NCBI GenBank assembly: GCA_048939625.1
Contig: JBHLPH010000020.1
Location: 1 to 32,845, forward strand
Direction of reading: 5' to 3'
Length of the DNA stretch: 32,845 bases
Origin: Promethearchaeota archaeon
GTDB taxonomy: Archaea > Asgardarchaeota > Hermodarchaeia > Hermodarchaeales > Hermodarchaeaceae
A program made the position numbers and the translations under genes. This document shows positions 8,267-16,679 of the stretch, piece after piece (the stretch's first letter is position 1; every line of letters begins with the position of its first letter). Below the pieces are notes generated by a model. That model saw nothing but the letters and a program-made list of their open reading frames with translations, did no database searches and was not told the DNA's origin.

Positions 8267-10210
8267 TTAGTGGATACTATCATCTATGAGTGTGCCTAGT
8301 TCAAGAAGGCGTAAACCTTGACCTCCACGGACATAGATACGGCTGCTTCCTGTTGGGTCGGAATGGATGAGTGCAAAGATGCGGTATCGTTCCTTGAGAC
8401 TTGGAGGTGGATCGGTGACCCGGAATTTTCCTTCCCCGAGCTTTACTTGTTCACCCCCCTTGGCTTTTTCTTCCTGAAGAACGCCTTGAATGAGTAATGC
8501 AATATTCCAAGTTAATCGGCGGCTACGACAGATGAGGATGCTTCCTTGGAGGAGCACGGTATCTACTCGATCAATGACAGTTAGCCAATCTTGTAAATCA
8601 GGGTGAAGCTTATCCGCTGCTAGACTTTTTTCAGTAAAGTGCTCCAAAGGTGCTTCGGCGGTTTCAGAAAGTTCTGCCTTTAACGCTTCCACAGAGGTTG
8701 TGTCGTGATCAAGTTCTTGCAACCATTTCAGCAAGTTAGAAGAAATCGCTTCAAATTCCTCGTTTCGTTGACGCCCTTCAGCATAATAGACGAGAATCAT
8801 TCGCTGAAGAACAGGTTCCAAGACCTCTGATATTTCAAAGTACTGAATGATTAGAAGCACTTGGTTGAGGAGTTTCCAAGCCTCGTCAAACCGTCGGAGG
8901 GCAAAATAAATTGATGAAAGGTCAATAAGAAACCGAATCACCTCTTCGGGATCGGTAATAGAAGGAAATTCGGTTGAGGTAATTTCCCCACGAATTACTA
9001 AGAGTGCTAGATAGAGAGCTTGAGCTGTGGCCTGCTCATGGACAAATCCCCAGTCCTGGGTTTTACGAGCGAATATTGTAAAATACATCGTCGCGGATTC
9101 AAAATCCTCAAGCAGTAAATTAATCGTGATACGAAGGATATGCGTCATAACCATTAAGCGCTGATAAGTGGATGCATCCGGTCGAACGCTAAGTAAAATT
9201 CTATTGCATTCATCAATGGCTTGTTTTGATTTCTCTAAATCGCCCCGTTCGCCGAGATAGAGATAGCAAAGAGCCATCAGATAATTGATAAGCACTAAAT
9301 CGGGGGCTATTTGGCGTATTAATCTACGATGAGCTGTAGCAGAGAGTTCCCAAGATAGGAGTACAAGGTGATTATAGAGTTCTTGGCGAGCTTCATCAAT
9401 TTCTTTGAGTACTTCTCGATAATTCTGCTCTTGGATTTTATTAACATAGCTTGCATAATTACGTCGAAGCTCTTGGAGAAAATTGAGTAAGCCCAAGGCT
9501 TCTTGATCAGTCATTCCCACAAGATCTTCTTCCGCAATCCTAGGGCCTCTCAGAGAACGGACAACGTGAAAGGCTTGGTTTTCAATAAGCTTGATACGAG
9601 TGGTGGGATCGTACACACTCCGGCGGGTGATACTGTATTTAATCTCGGTATGTAGGACTCGTTCACGAATTTCTTCCAGAAATGCAGTGTCCTCTGAGTT
9701 ATTATAGCTGCGTTCGAGTAGGTGTAGTAGAAAAGCACTTCCCATTAAGCCCTCAATTTCTGGTTCAAGATTTCGGAGAGATTGGAGAAGTTGAAAATCG
9801 GAACTTACTAATCGATTCTCTTTGAGTTTTTTCAAGACTATAAGCAGAGATAAATCTGGGGCTTGAGGAATCCGCTCAACAAAGTCCTTGGCTTTATCTA
9901 TATAGGAAGCTAATTCCTTGGGAGTAACCTCGATTAACTCAACAACTTTTTGAACTTGGCGATGAAGGGGTCCTCTTAGCTCTTCCAGAATTTGAGGGGA
10001 CGTATAAAGCTTAAAGGACACTCGGTCAGCGATTTCCTTGAAACGAAGGAGTGCTTTAGGATTCTGAGCAAATGCGAGAATGAAGAAATTTGCATCTACC
10101 GCAACGCGGGACCACCGCTTTGGTTGAGTACTCGGTGGTGCAGAAGTTTTCAATTTTCGTTTTTTCGAGCTTTTTGACGAGGCCCCACGAGAGGAAGTAG
10201 TTTTTGACAC
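8267..10210 (-). CDS. PIN-domain protein with long alpha-helical (TPR-like) region and beta-rich C-terminal domain
   Basis: PIN acidic motifs VAVDANFF, TSPQILEEL, PDLSLL and LVSSD; amphipathic helical repeats in the middle; Ser/Lys-rich N-tail. Confidence 0.75.
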   Translation of the reverse strand: MSKTTSSRGASSKSSKKRKLKTSAPPSTQPKRWSRVAVDANFFILAFAQNPKALLRFKEIADRVSFKLYTSPQILEELRGPLHRQVQKVVELIEVTPKELASYIDKAKDFVERIPQAPDLSLLIVLKKLKENRLVSSDFQLLQSLRNLEPEIEGLMGSAFLLHLLERSYNNSEDTAFLEEIRERVLHTEIKYSITRRSVYDPTTRIKLIENQAFHVVRSLRGPRIAEEDLVGMTDQEALGLLNFLQELRRNYASYVNKIQEQNYREVLKEIDEARQELYNHLVLLSWELSATAHRRLIRQIAPDLVLINYLMALCYLYLGERGDLEKSKQAIDECNRILLSVRPDASTYQRLMVMTHILRITINLLLEDFESATMYFTIFARKTQDWGFVHEQATAQALYLALLVIRGEITSTEFPSITDPEEVIRFLIDLSSIYFALRRFDEAWKLLNQVLLIIQYFEISEVLEPVLQRMILVYYAEGRQRNEEFEAISSNLLKWLQELDHDTTSVEALKAELSETAEAPLEHFTEKSLAADKLHPDLQDWLTVIDRVDTVLLQGSILICRSRRLTWNIALLIQGVLQEEKAKGGEQVKLGEGKFRVTDPPPSLKERYRIFALIHSDPTGSSRIYVRGGQGLRLLELGTLIDDSIH

Positions 10211-10312
10211 GAACAGAACTCCTTGAAATCTTGTTTATTATACTCTTAACACCTGAAAAGATAAATAGGCAGTTTCATGTTTCTAGTTCACTGAATAAAA
10301 ACGGTGACGTAA

Positions 10313-10657
10313 ATGGCTGGTCCTTCCCTTTTTGGTGGTATAATGATTGGGGCAGCGGCATGGCTTGAAGTATTTGTCATTTTCTTCGTTGCTCCAGTGA
10401 CTTGGCAGCTAGCAGTAATTCCTGGACTCTTCTTCATTGCAGGACTCTTTCTAGCAGGGACAATCGGGGATGAGGCCCAGTTTTGGGAATTAGCCCTTGG
10501 TGGTATCTGTATTGCTGTTGCAGTAGGGTTTGTTGGATGGTTCTATCTAACCAGTGGTGGAGTTTTACTCATCGCATCACTCATTTCGCTTGGCGCTGGG
10601 GTTCTTATCCTTGTGGGCCTGGTTTTCATCATGGGTGGGCAGAATAAAGGCTACTAG
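10313..10657 (+). CDS. Small 4-TM membrane protein
   Basis: 114 aa with four Gly-rich hydrophobic segments; GGTGA SD upstream. Confidence 0.75.
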   Translation: MAGPSLFGGIMIGAAAWLEVFVIFFVAPVTWQLAVIPGLFFIAGLFLAGTIGDEAQFWELALGGICIAVAVGFVGWFYLTSGGVLLIASLISLGAGVLILVGLVFIMGGQNKGY

Positions 10658-10676
10658 CCAATTTTCCAACCACAGA

Positions 10677-12335
10677 TTAATCTGATTCATCTTCCTCAAA
10701 CTGCCTACGTTGTGAAAGTCCATCCTCAAGCGTTGATTCGGTGACTAGCTCATAAAGAATGGCTTGATCTTTCTGTGGTCGAAGAAGCCGACCTAAGCGC
10801 TGAATGAATTCGCGTTTACTCCCGGTTCCAGAAATGATGATGCCAACGGCTGCGTCTGGAACATCGATCCCTTCGTCGAGCACTTGACCCGTTACGATTT
10901 TTGTTAAACCTCCGTCTTTGAATAGTGATAGAATTTTCTCGCGCTCTGACATCTTGGTCCTATGTGTAATCAAAGGGATTCCGAAAGTGTCAGAAATTTT
11001 CTCTACTACCCGTGTATATCGTGAAAAGATGATGACCTTGTCATTTTGATACTGCTGGAGCAGTGTTTCAACGTGGTCGATTTTTCCAGATGCTTCAAGA
11101 GCGACACGACGAGCCTTTTCAAGATTTGATAATGCCTTTCGAGCATCGGGATCAAACACGGTTCGTTTTACGATGGTGTCAAATTGCCAACCAGGATCAA
11201 TATCATCCAGTCGACGTGTATAATTCCGGAAAATCTGCATATAGGAGTTATATCGAGCTTTTTCTTCAGGTTTGAGAGTGATCTGGATTCGTCGGATTTC
11301 ATAGGGGGCAAGATAGCCCTCTTTTTCAAGTAGCCGAGGTGCAACGCGATAAACAGTAGGTCCCACTAGACGGTCGAGGTCATGATGAAGTTCATCATAG
11401 CGTTCCGGAGTTGCGGTCAGCCCCAATCGATATGGGGCTAAGGAGAGTTCAGCAGCTAACCGATAAGTTGTGCTAGGTAGATGATGGACTTCATCAAAAA
11501 TTAATAATCCAAATGATGCCACAAGTTTGGGGGCTAAGAGTGAGGCGGAGTCATAAGTTGCAACAGAAATTGGTTTGAGATCCTTTCTTCCTCCACCCAG
11601 AATTCCAACTTCAGGTACATGGAGCAACAATTCGAGCGCCTCACGCCACTGACTTAGGAGGTCAAGGGTAGGAACGACGATGAGGGTGGTAACCGCTAAT
11701 CGTCGAAGAGCTTCTAGTGCCACAATAGTTTTTCCTCCACCTGTTGGGAGGACAATCACACCTCGTCCCTTCGCACCTTGCCATCGGTGAAGGGCATCTT
11801 CTTGATAGTCCCGAAGAACCATGTCCAATTGGAGCTGGGCTTGTAAATCAGTTGGTAAAATAAATTGAAGCGAGAAGTGAGTGATAACTGGATATCCTTT
11901 ATTTCGTAAATATTTTTGAATTGTGTAAAAGTCCATTATTCGTGCATGGAATAATCTTTCTTTAGCATTATAGGTTAGTATCGGTTTGATTGCCTCTAAC
12001 TCCAGAAATCCCGTTGGTTTTATAATGAGATCACTTTTTCGGAGTCGGAGTTCTGCAAATCGTTCTACACCTTGTTTCTTCAAAATAGCTTTCTGTAAAC
12101 TTGGAGACAGTTCGTAATCTACTTTTGCAAAGAGCTGGTTAAGTTCCTGGAGAGGGAGCTTAGCTGCTTTGGCAAACTGGAGTTTGAATCGAATAGGTCC
12201 CTTGTCTTCATTTGATGTAAGTTTTTCTGCAATCTTACACAGGTTTAATATGGTTTCTTCTTCGGCTTCGAGAACCTCGAAATATGGTGAGCTTTTTCGA
12301 ATAATCTGTGGGATTAGAGAAATCCTCCTTTTCAA
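10677..12335 (-). CDS. xpb: XPB/Rad25-family SF2 DNA helicase
   Basis: LRDYQ, LPTGGGKT, DEVHH, GLTATPER, DEGIDVPDA, QRLGRLLR. Confidence 0.9.
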   Translation of the reverse strand: MKRRISLIPQIIRKSSPYFEVLEAEEETILNLCKIAEKLTSNEDKGPIRFKLQFAKAAKLPLQELNQLFAKVDYELSPSLQKAILKKQGVERFAELRLRKSDLIIKPTGFLELEAIKPILTYNAKERLFHARIMDFYTIQKYLRNKGYPVITHFSLQFILPTDLQAQLQLDMVLRDYQEDALHRWQGAKGRGVIVLPTGGGKTIVALEALRRLAVTTLIVVPTLDLLSQWREALELLLHVPEVGILGGGRKDLKPISVATYDSASLLAPKLVASFGLLIFDEVHHLPSTTYRLAAELSLAPYRLGLTATPERYDELHHDLDRLVGPTVYRVAPRLLEKEGYLAPYEIRRIQITLKPEEKARYNSYMQIFRNYTRRLDDIDPGWQFDTIVKRTVFDPDARKALSNLEKARRVALEASGKIDHVETLLQQYQNDKVIIFSRYTRVVEKISDTFGIPLITHRTKMSEREKILSLFKDGGLTKIVTGQVLDEGIDVPDAAVGIIISGTGSKREFIQRLGRLLRPQKDQAILYELVTESTLEDGLSQRRQFEEDESD

Positions 12336-12476
12336 AGTTCAAATGCGCGTTTCTTAGCCACGTCTTTGTATTGAGTTGGCTTAAAGTGAATCGGCAGATA
12401 GATTTGATTAAGAAAGAAAAGCGTTAAATGCCCTAGTTCCTAGCGAATCCTAGGCTTGACTTTGGGAGGCAGTTGC

Positions 12477-13292
12477 GTGTCATTGGATAAAGAACTCCGA
12501 GAAATTGGAATTCGAACCAGTGAAGCGAAGCAACTTGAAGAAGAGGGAAAAATTAGGGAAGCAGTCGAATTACTAATGCAACTTTCCCAAGAGCTTCGGC
12601 TTCTCGCAGATAAAGCGAACACCTCCTCATTGCGAGGCGTGCTAATGCAACGAAGTCTCGAATACGCTAACAATGCAACCCAGCTAAAGCGGCAATATCT
12701 TGCTGTTGATGCCGAAGAAGGCGCAGATCAAGAAGGTGTTGCAGAGGTTCAAATTCTGCGTGGACCCCAGTTGGCATCTCAGCTGTTGAGAATGTTGCAA
12801 TCAGCCCAATACCGGGTGTTGATTGCAACCCATCAGATACATGATGTTGATTTAGTTGACCCTGAAGCCCAGAAACCCCCATCCAATCTTCTTAGCATGA
12901 TAAAAGAATTGCATGAAGCTGGTGTAAAAATCCGAATTCTTACGACCCCACCAGCCCTCATTGAAGGGGTCGATCGATGGAAGCAAGCTGATGCATTGCA
13001 AAATCTAGCCAGTGCAGGCGTAGAATTCAAACTCTGCTCGCATCTTCATTTCAATGGGATCTTAATCGATGATAGCGGGGTTTGGCGGGGAACCGCCCCT
13101 TTGACTGAAAAGGGATTAGCTGGTTTAGATGACGTCGCAGAGTATTCAACTGCTCAATGGTTGAAGGCAGTATATCTTGACCTGTTTCGTGCCCGTTGGG
13201 AACAAAGTGATTTAACCTGTTCTCAGTGTTTTGAAAAAACCTGTTTATCGAAATTCAAAGCAGAAGATCCGCGGCGAAGCTATGAAGATTAA
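12477..13292 (+). CDS. MIT-domain plus degenerate phospholipase D-fold protein (MITD1-like architecture)
   Basis: N-terminal three-helix pattern EAKQLEEEGKIREAVELL...RSLEYANNATQLK; PLD-fold signatures LQSAQYRVLIA, GVKIRILT, HFNGILIDD and WRGTAPLT. GTG start behind GGGAGG. Confidence 0.75.
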   Translation: MSLDKELREIGIRTSEAKQLEEEGKIREAVELLMQLSQELRLLADKANTSSLRGVLMQRSLEYANNATQLKRQYLAVDAEEGADQEGVAEVQILRGPQLASQLLRMLQSAQYRVLIATHQIHDVDLVDPEAQKPPSNLLSMIKELHEAGVKIRILTTPPALIEGVDRWKQADALQNLASAGVEFKLCSHLHFNGILIDDSGVWRGTAPLTEKGLAGLDDVAEYSTAQWLKAVYLDLFRARWEQSDLTCSQCFEKTCLSKFKAEDPRRSYED

Positions 13293-13297
13293 GCTCT

Positions 13298-13972
13298 TCA
13301 TTCAGGAAAATAGGAGCTCGGATCTACTTCTTCGGTGTTGTATGCGGAAACTACTTTTAAGTACCCCCGACGCTGGGCATGCCGTATTATCTCTTCAACT
13401 TCTTTGGTAGGAATATCGAGCGCCTCGGTGATATCAGCAAGTTGGTGTTTTCCATCTGCCAAGATGATGACAAGAATTGCGTTCATCCCAAAGCGGCGGA
13501 GAAGATCTTGTCGAACTGGTGAATCCTTATGAAGCAGTCGTGGAATAGCTGTAATTCGAACAGGGAGCGGTTCTTTTTGTGGCGTGAATCCCACAATTTT
13601 GTCAACCTCTAATTCAAAATTACGAAGCAGCTCTCTTGCTCTGGGGCTGGTTCGTAGTAAAGAGCTGAGAAGAATCAAGTCATCCTTGAAATATTGAAAG
13701 AAGATGTCTCGGAGCGATTCTAGCAATTTCCCAGTTGTTACGTCCTTTTTGACACAGGCTAAGAATACTAGTCCTTGGTCAACAATGTAACTGAAAGAGA
13801 GATCTTCAAAGGTAATATCTTGGAGTTGGCGCCCCATCATTTCACTTTGGAAGTGTACAAGTGAAGAAAAGAAGCTACTAAATAGGGTTGGGTCAAATTC
13901 GAGGGGTGAATATGCCTTATGGTAGAGGGGAATGCCGCTGGTGTCAATGACCCATACTGCGTGCACTACCAT
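13298..13972 (-). CDS. Longin-like domain plus C-terminal winged helix-turn-helix protein
   Basis: N-terminal VWVIDTSGIPLY...DPTLFSSFFSSLVHF (Asgard longin-like pattern); C-terminal ADGKHQLADITEAL...RRGYLKV. Confidence 0.72.
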   Translation of the reverse strand: MVVHAVWVIDTSGIPLYHKAYSPLEFDPTLFSSFFSSLVHFQSEMMGRQLQDITFEDLSFSYIVDQGLVFLACVKKDVTTGKLLESLRDIFFQYFKDDLILLSSLLRTSPRARELLRNFELEVDKIVGFTPQKEPLPVRITAIPRLLHKDSPVRQDLLRRFGMNAILVIILADGKHQLADITEALDIPTKEVEEIIRHAQRRGYLKVVSAYNTEEVDPSSYFPE

Positions 13973-14073
13973 GCAAAGCACCTTGATATCCGAGCTGTTT
14001 ACTAGAACAGATACATATCTTTAAGCTTGCCCCGACAACCAAATTCCATGTTAAGGATTTTCTTATAGGTATT

Positions 14074-15384
14074 TCATGGTTGAATCCGACTTGGTGTGCG
14101 CGGGAATAAACAGGCTTCCCGGATATGATTCAATTTTAACAACCACACAAGAAACCGTTCCAAGCCCATACCAAACCCTGAATGCGGGGGAAGTCCGAAT
14201 TTCCGTAATTCCAGATACCAGTCATAAGCTGAAGGATCGAGCTTTTCATCCTTAATTCGCTTTAATAATAAGTCTAAATCATGAATGCGTTGCCCACCAC
14301 TTGTCAATTCTCCATAACCTTCAGGAGCAATTAAATCGCTACTTAGGGTAATCTCAGGTCTTTCGGGGTCAGGCATATGGTAGAAAGATCGCGCTACTGT
14401 TGGATACCCAGTGATGAAAAAAGGGTCTTTGAATTGTTGTGATACTGCCCGTTCGGCTTCCGTGCCTAAATCCTGTCCCCAAGGAACCTTAAATCCAGCC
14501 TTACTCGCGATTTTAATCGCTTCATCATAGGAAACTCGTTTAAAGGGTAATTTGGGTAATCGTACTCTCACCTTCAGAATGTCCAGCTGATGTTGGCAAT
14601 GCTCTTTGATATACGAAACCATGGCATGAACAAGCCGTTCTTCAACACCCATGATATCCTCATGTGTTCCAAAAAGAATTTCTGATTCCAAGTGCCAATA
14701 CTCAGTTAAATGACGTCGCGTGCGATGTTTTTCTGCGCGAAAACTAGGTGAAAGCAAGTAAACCTTTTCTAGCCCACAAATGGCGGCTTCTTCATAAAGT
14801 TGGGCACTTTGACTTAGATAGGCAGTCCCACCGAAATACTTGAATGGAAATAAAGTCGCGCCCCCCTCAACACTCGCACCCACCATAACAGGAGGAAAGA
14901 TCTCTGTGAATCCTTCACCATCAAAGAATTGGTGAGCTGCACGGCTTATCCCAGCTTTGATTTGCATAATCGCGGTTTGGCTGGGACTCCGCAGGTATAG
15001 ATGTCTTTTATCAAATAGAAATGCGTCCCCGGCATCCTTTTCCAAGGGCCAATCCGAATCAGCGAGATTTACAATTTCGAATCGAGTCACCCTTAACTCG
15101 ATACCTGAAGGTGCACGTTTATCTATGGCGATCGTACCCGAAACAATAATGGAGGATTCCAAGGTGACCTCTTGCATCGCCGAAAAAGCCTCGGGCGCTA
15201 GTTCACGATGCCCCGCAGCTTGAATCACTCCGGTTGGATCACGCACAATGATAAAGATAACTCCACCATGTTCACGTTTTCGATGCACCCATCCTGTCAT
15301 CGTCACCAACGCGCCTTCCATGGAGGCGCTCAGTTCAGTCACATAATGCGTTTTTCCAAATGTTTTGAGCACTTTATCAGACAC
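14074..15384 (-). CDS. asnS: Asparagine--tRNA ligase (class IIb)
   Basis: N-terminal OB anticodon domain; VEGGATLF, LSQSAQLYEE (no AspRS-type QLYKQ Lys), FRAEKHRTRRHLTEYWHLESE, APEGYGE and PHSGFGMGLER. GTG start inferred from the SD. Confidence 0.85.
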   Translation of the reverse strand: MSDKVLKTFGKTHYVTELSASMEGALVTMTGWVHRKREHGGVIFIIVRDPTGVIQAAGHRELAPEAFSAMQEVTLESSIIVSGTIAIDKRAPSGIELRVTRFEIVNLADSDWPLEKDAGDAFLFDKRHLYLRSPSQTAIMQIKAGISRAAHQFFDGEGFTEIFPPVMVGASVEGGATLFPFKYFGGTAYLSQSAQLYEEAAICGLEKVYLLSPSFRAEKHRTRRHLTEYWHLESEILFGTHEDIMGVEERLVHAMVSYIKEHCQHQLDILKVRVRLPKLPFKRVSYDEAIKIASKAGFKVPWGQDLGTEAERAVSQQFKDPFFITGYPTVARSFYHMPDPERPEITLSSDLIAPEGYGELTSGGQRIHDLDLLLKRIKDEKLDPSAYDWYLELRKFGLPPHSGFGMGLERFLVWLLKLNHIREACLFPRTPSRIQP

Positions 15385-15435
15385 ACTAGGTCCCACCAAA
15401 GACGGAGAACACCAAAATCAGAATAACGGTTGTGG

Positions 15436-15981
15436 TTAAGAGGATTGTGCTACACGCCGACGAATATACTCAAGCATCTCTTTCGCAATGAATTCAAAGG
15501 CTGGCGTCACGTTCAAATCATCCTTAGAACTGGTTTCAAAATATGCCTTAAACCCATTCGCCTTTGCAAACTGAATCACTTCTTTCTGATCCACCGCACG
15601 ATGCAAATCTGCTTTCATCCCAATCAAAATAATCGGAATCTCATCGGTATTCTCACGAACCAGCTTCAGCCACTCATCTAGCTTTAAAAACGTACTAAAT
15701 CGATTTAGATCAAAACATAACATCGCCCCACGTGCACCAAAACAAAACTTCGGTAACAAAAATCGAAACCGCTTTTCCCCGCCAAAATCCCAAATCTGGG
15801 CTTTAATGGGAGTGGATCCGTGTCCGTCGTTGACGATTAGTTTTTTAGCAGCGAAGGCTGTGCCCACAGTGAGGATTGAATCATGGTAGACGCCTTCGAC
15901 GTAGCGTCGTATCATGGTGGTTTTGCCGACGCCGCCTTCTCCGGCAACGACGAGTTTGAGCATGATACCTTCGTCTTCCAC
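15436..15981 (-). CDS. Rab/Ras-superfamily small GTPase (Asgard type)
   Basis: G1 GEGGVGKT, G2 TVG, G3 WDFGGE, G4 GMKAD, G5 ETSSK; no C-terminal Cys. Confidence 0.93.
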   Translation of the reverse strand: MEDEGIMLKLVVAGEGGVGKTTMIRRYVEGVYHDSILTVGTAFAAKKLIVNDGHGSTPIKAQIWDFGGEKRFRFLLPKFCFGARGAMLCFDLNRFSTFLKLDEWLKLVRENTDEIPIILIGMKADLHRAVDQKEVIQFAKANGFKAYFETSSKDDLNVTPAFEFIAKEMLEYIRRRVAQSS

Positions 15982-16145
15982 AGTGTTGCGCTTCCACTTC
16001 GTCCGTTTTTCATCTGTCAGTTAGAGTGAGAATAGAAAAACTGTTCGGTGAGAATAATCTTTGAATGTTTTTATCGAGGTTGATTCACAAGTTTTTTCTG
16101 TTGCGTAACTGTCTGTAAGCAGTACGGTCTGTGTGGTGTGTGAGC

Positions 16146-16679
16146 GTGAAGCGTGTTTCTGTTGTACCGAGTCGGTGTACTGGATGTCGGGTCTGTGAGT
16201 TGGTGTGTAGTGAAACCCATGAGGGTAGGTTTCAGCCGAGTAAAGCCCGGATTCAGGTTGTGTCGTTTGATATGACGGTGCAGGATGTGCCGATTGTGTG
16301 TCAGCAGTGTGCGGATGCTCCTTGTATGGAGGCGTGCCCGCAGGATGCGATTTCACGGAGTTCGGAGACCACAGCAGTAGTGGTAGATCAGGAGTTATGC
16401 ATTCAGTGTGGGGCTTGTGTTCGGGCGTGTGTGATTGGTCTCGATAAGATTGAACCGGATAAGAAGTTAGCAATTCGCTTGGATGCGGAGAAGGAAATGC
16501 CATTGAAATGTGATTTGTGTGGGGGCGATCCGCAGTGTGTGAAGTTTTGTCCGACGGAGGCCTTGGTGTTGACTGAAACCGCAGTGAAAGGGGAATTTTC
16601 GGTTGAAATGCTGATGGAGGCCCTAGACCATTTCATCAAGCAGACCGAGCTTCCCTTACCAGAGAAGGAGCGTGATTAG
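16146..16679 (+). CDS. 4Fe-4S dicluster protein (electron-transfer subunit for AOR)
   Basis: Four Cys groups: CTGCRVCELVC, CQQCADAPCMEACP, CIQCGACVRAC, CDLCGGDPQCVKFCP; overlaps the aor start. Confidence 0.92.
   Translation: MKRVSVVPSRCTGCRVCELVCSETHEGRFQPSKARIQVVSFDMTVQDVPIVCQQCADAPCMEACPQDAISRSSETTAVVVDQELCIQCGACVRACVIGLDKIEPDKKLAIRLDAEKEMPLKCDLCGGDPQCVKFCPTEALVLTETAVKGEFSVEMLMEALDHFIKQTELPLPEKERD

Noticed and set aside
10140-10210. KKRKLK NLS-like motif in the PIN protein N-tail
   Set aside because: Short basic low-complexity tails arise easily and the motif has no meaning without a nucleus.
10677-13292. Helicase + PLD pair as an anti-phage defence system
   Set aside because: The genes are divergent, the helicase is a typical XPB with Bax1 nearby, and the PLD lacks the catalytic Lys.
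16021-16503. 160-aa His/Pro/Thr-rich minus ORF
   Set aside because: Antisense to the ferredoxin gene; its openness and composition follow from the local G/T skew.
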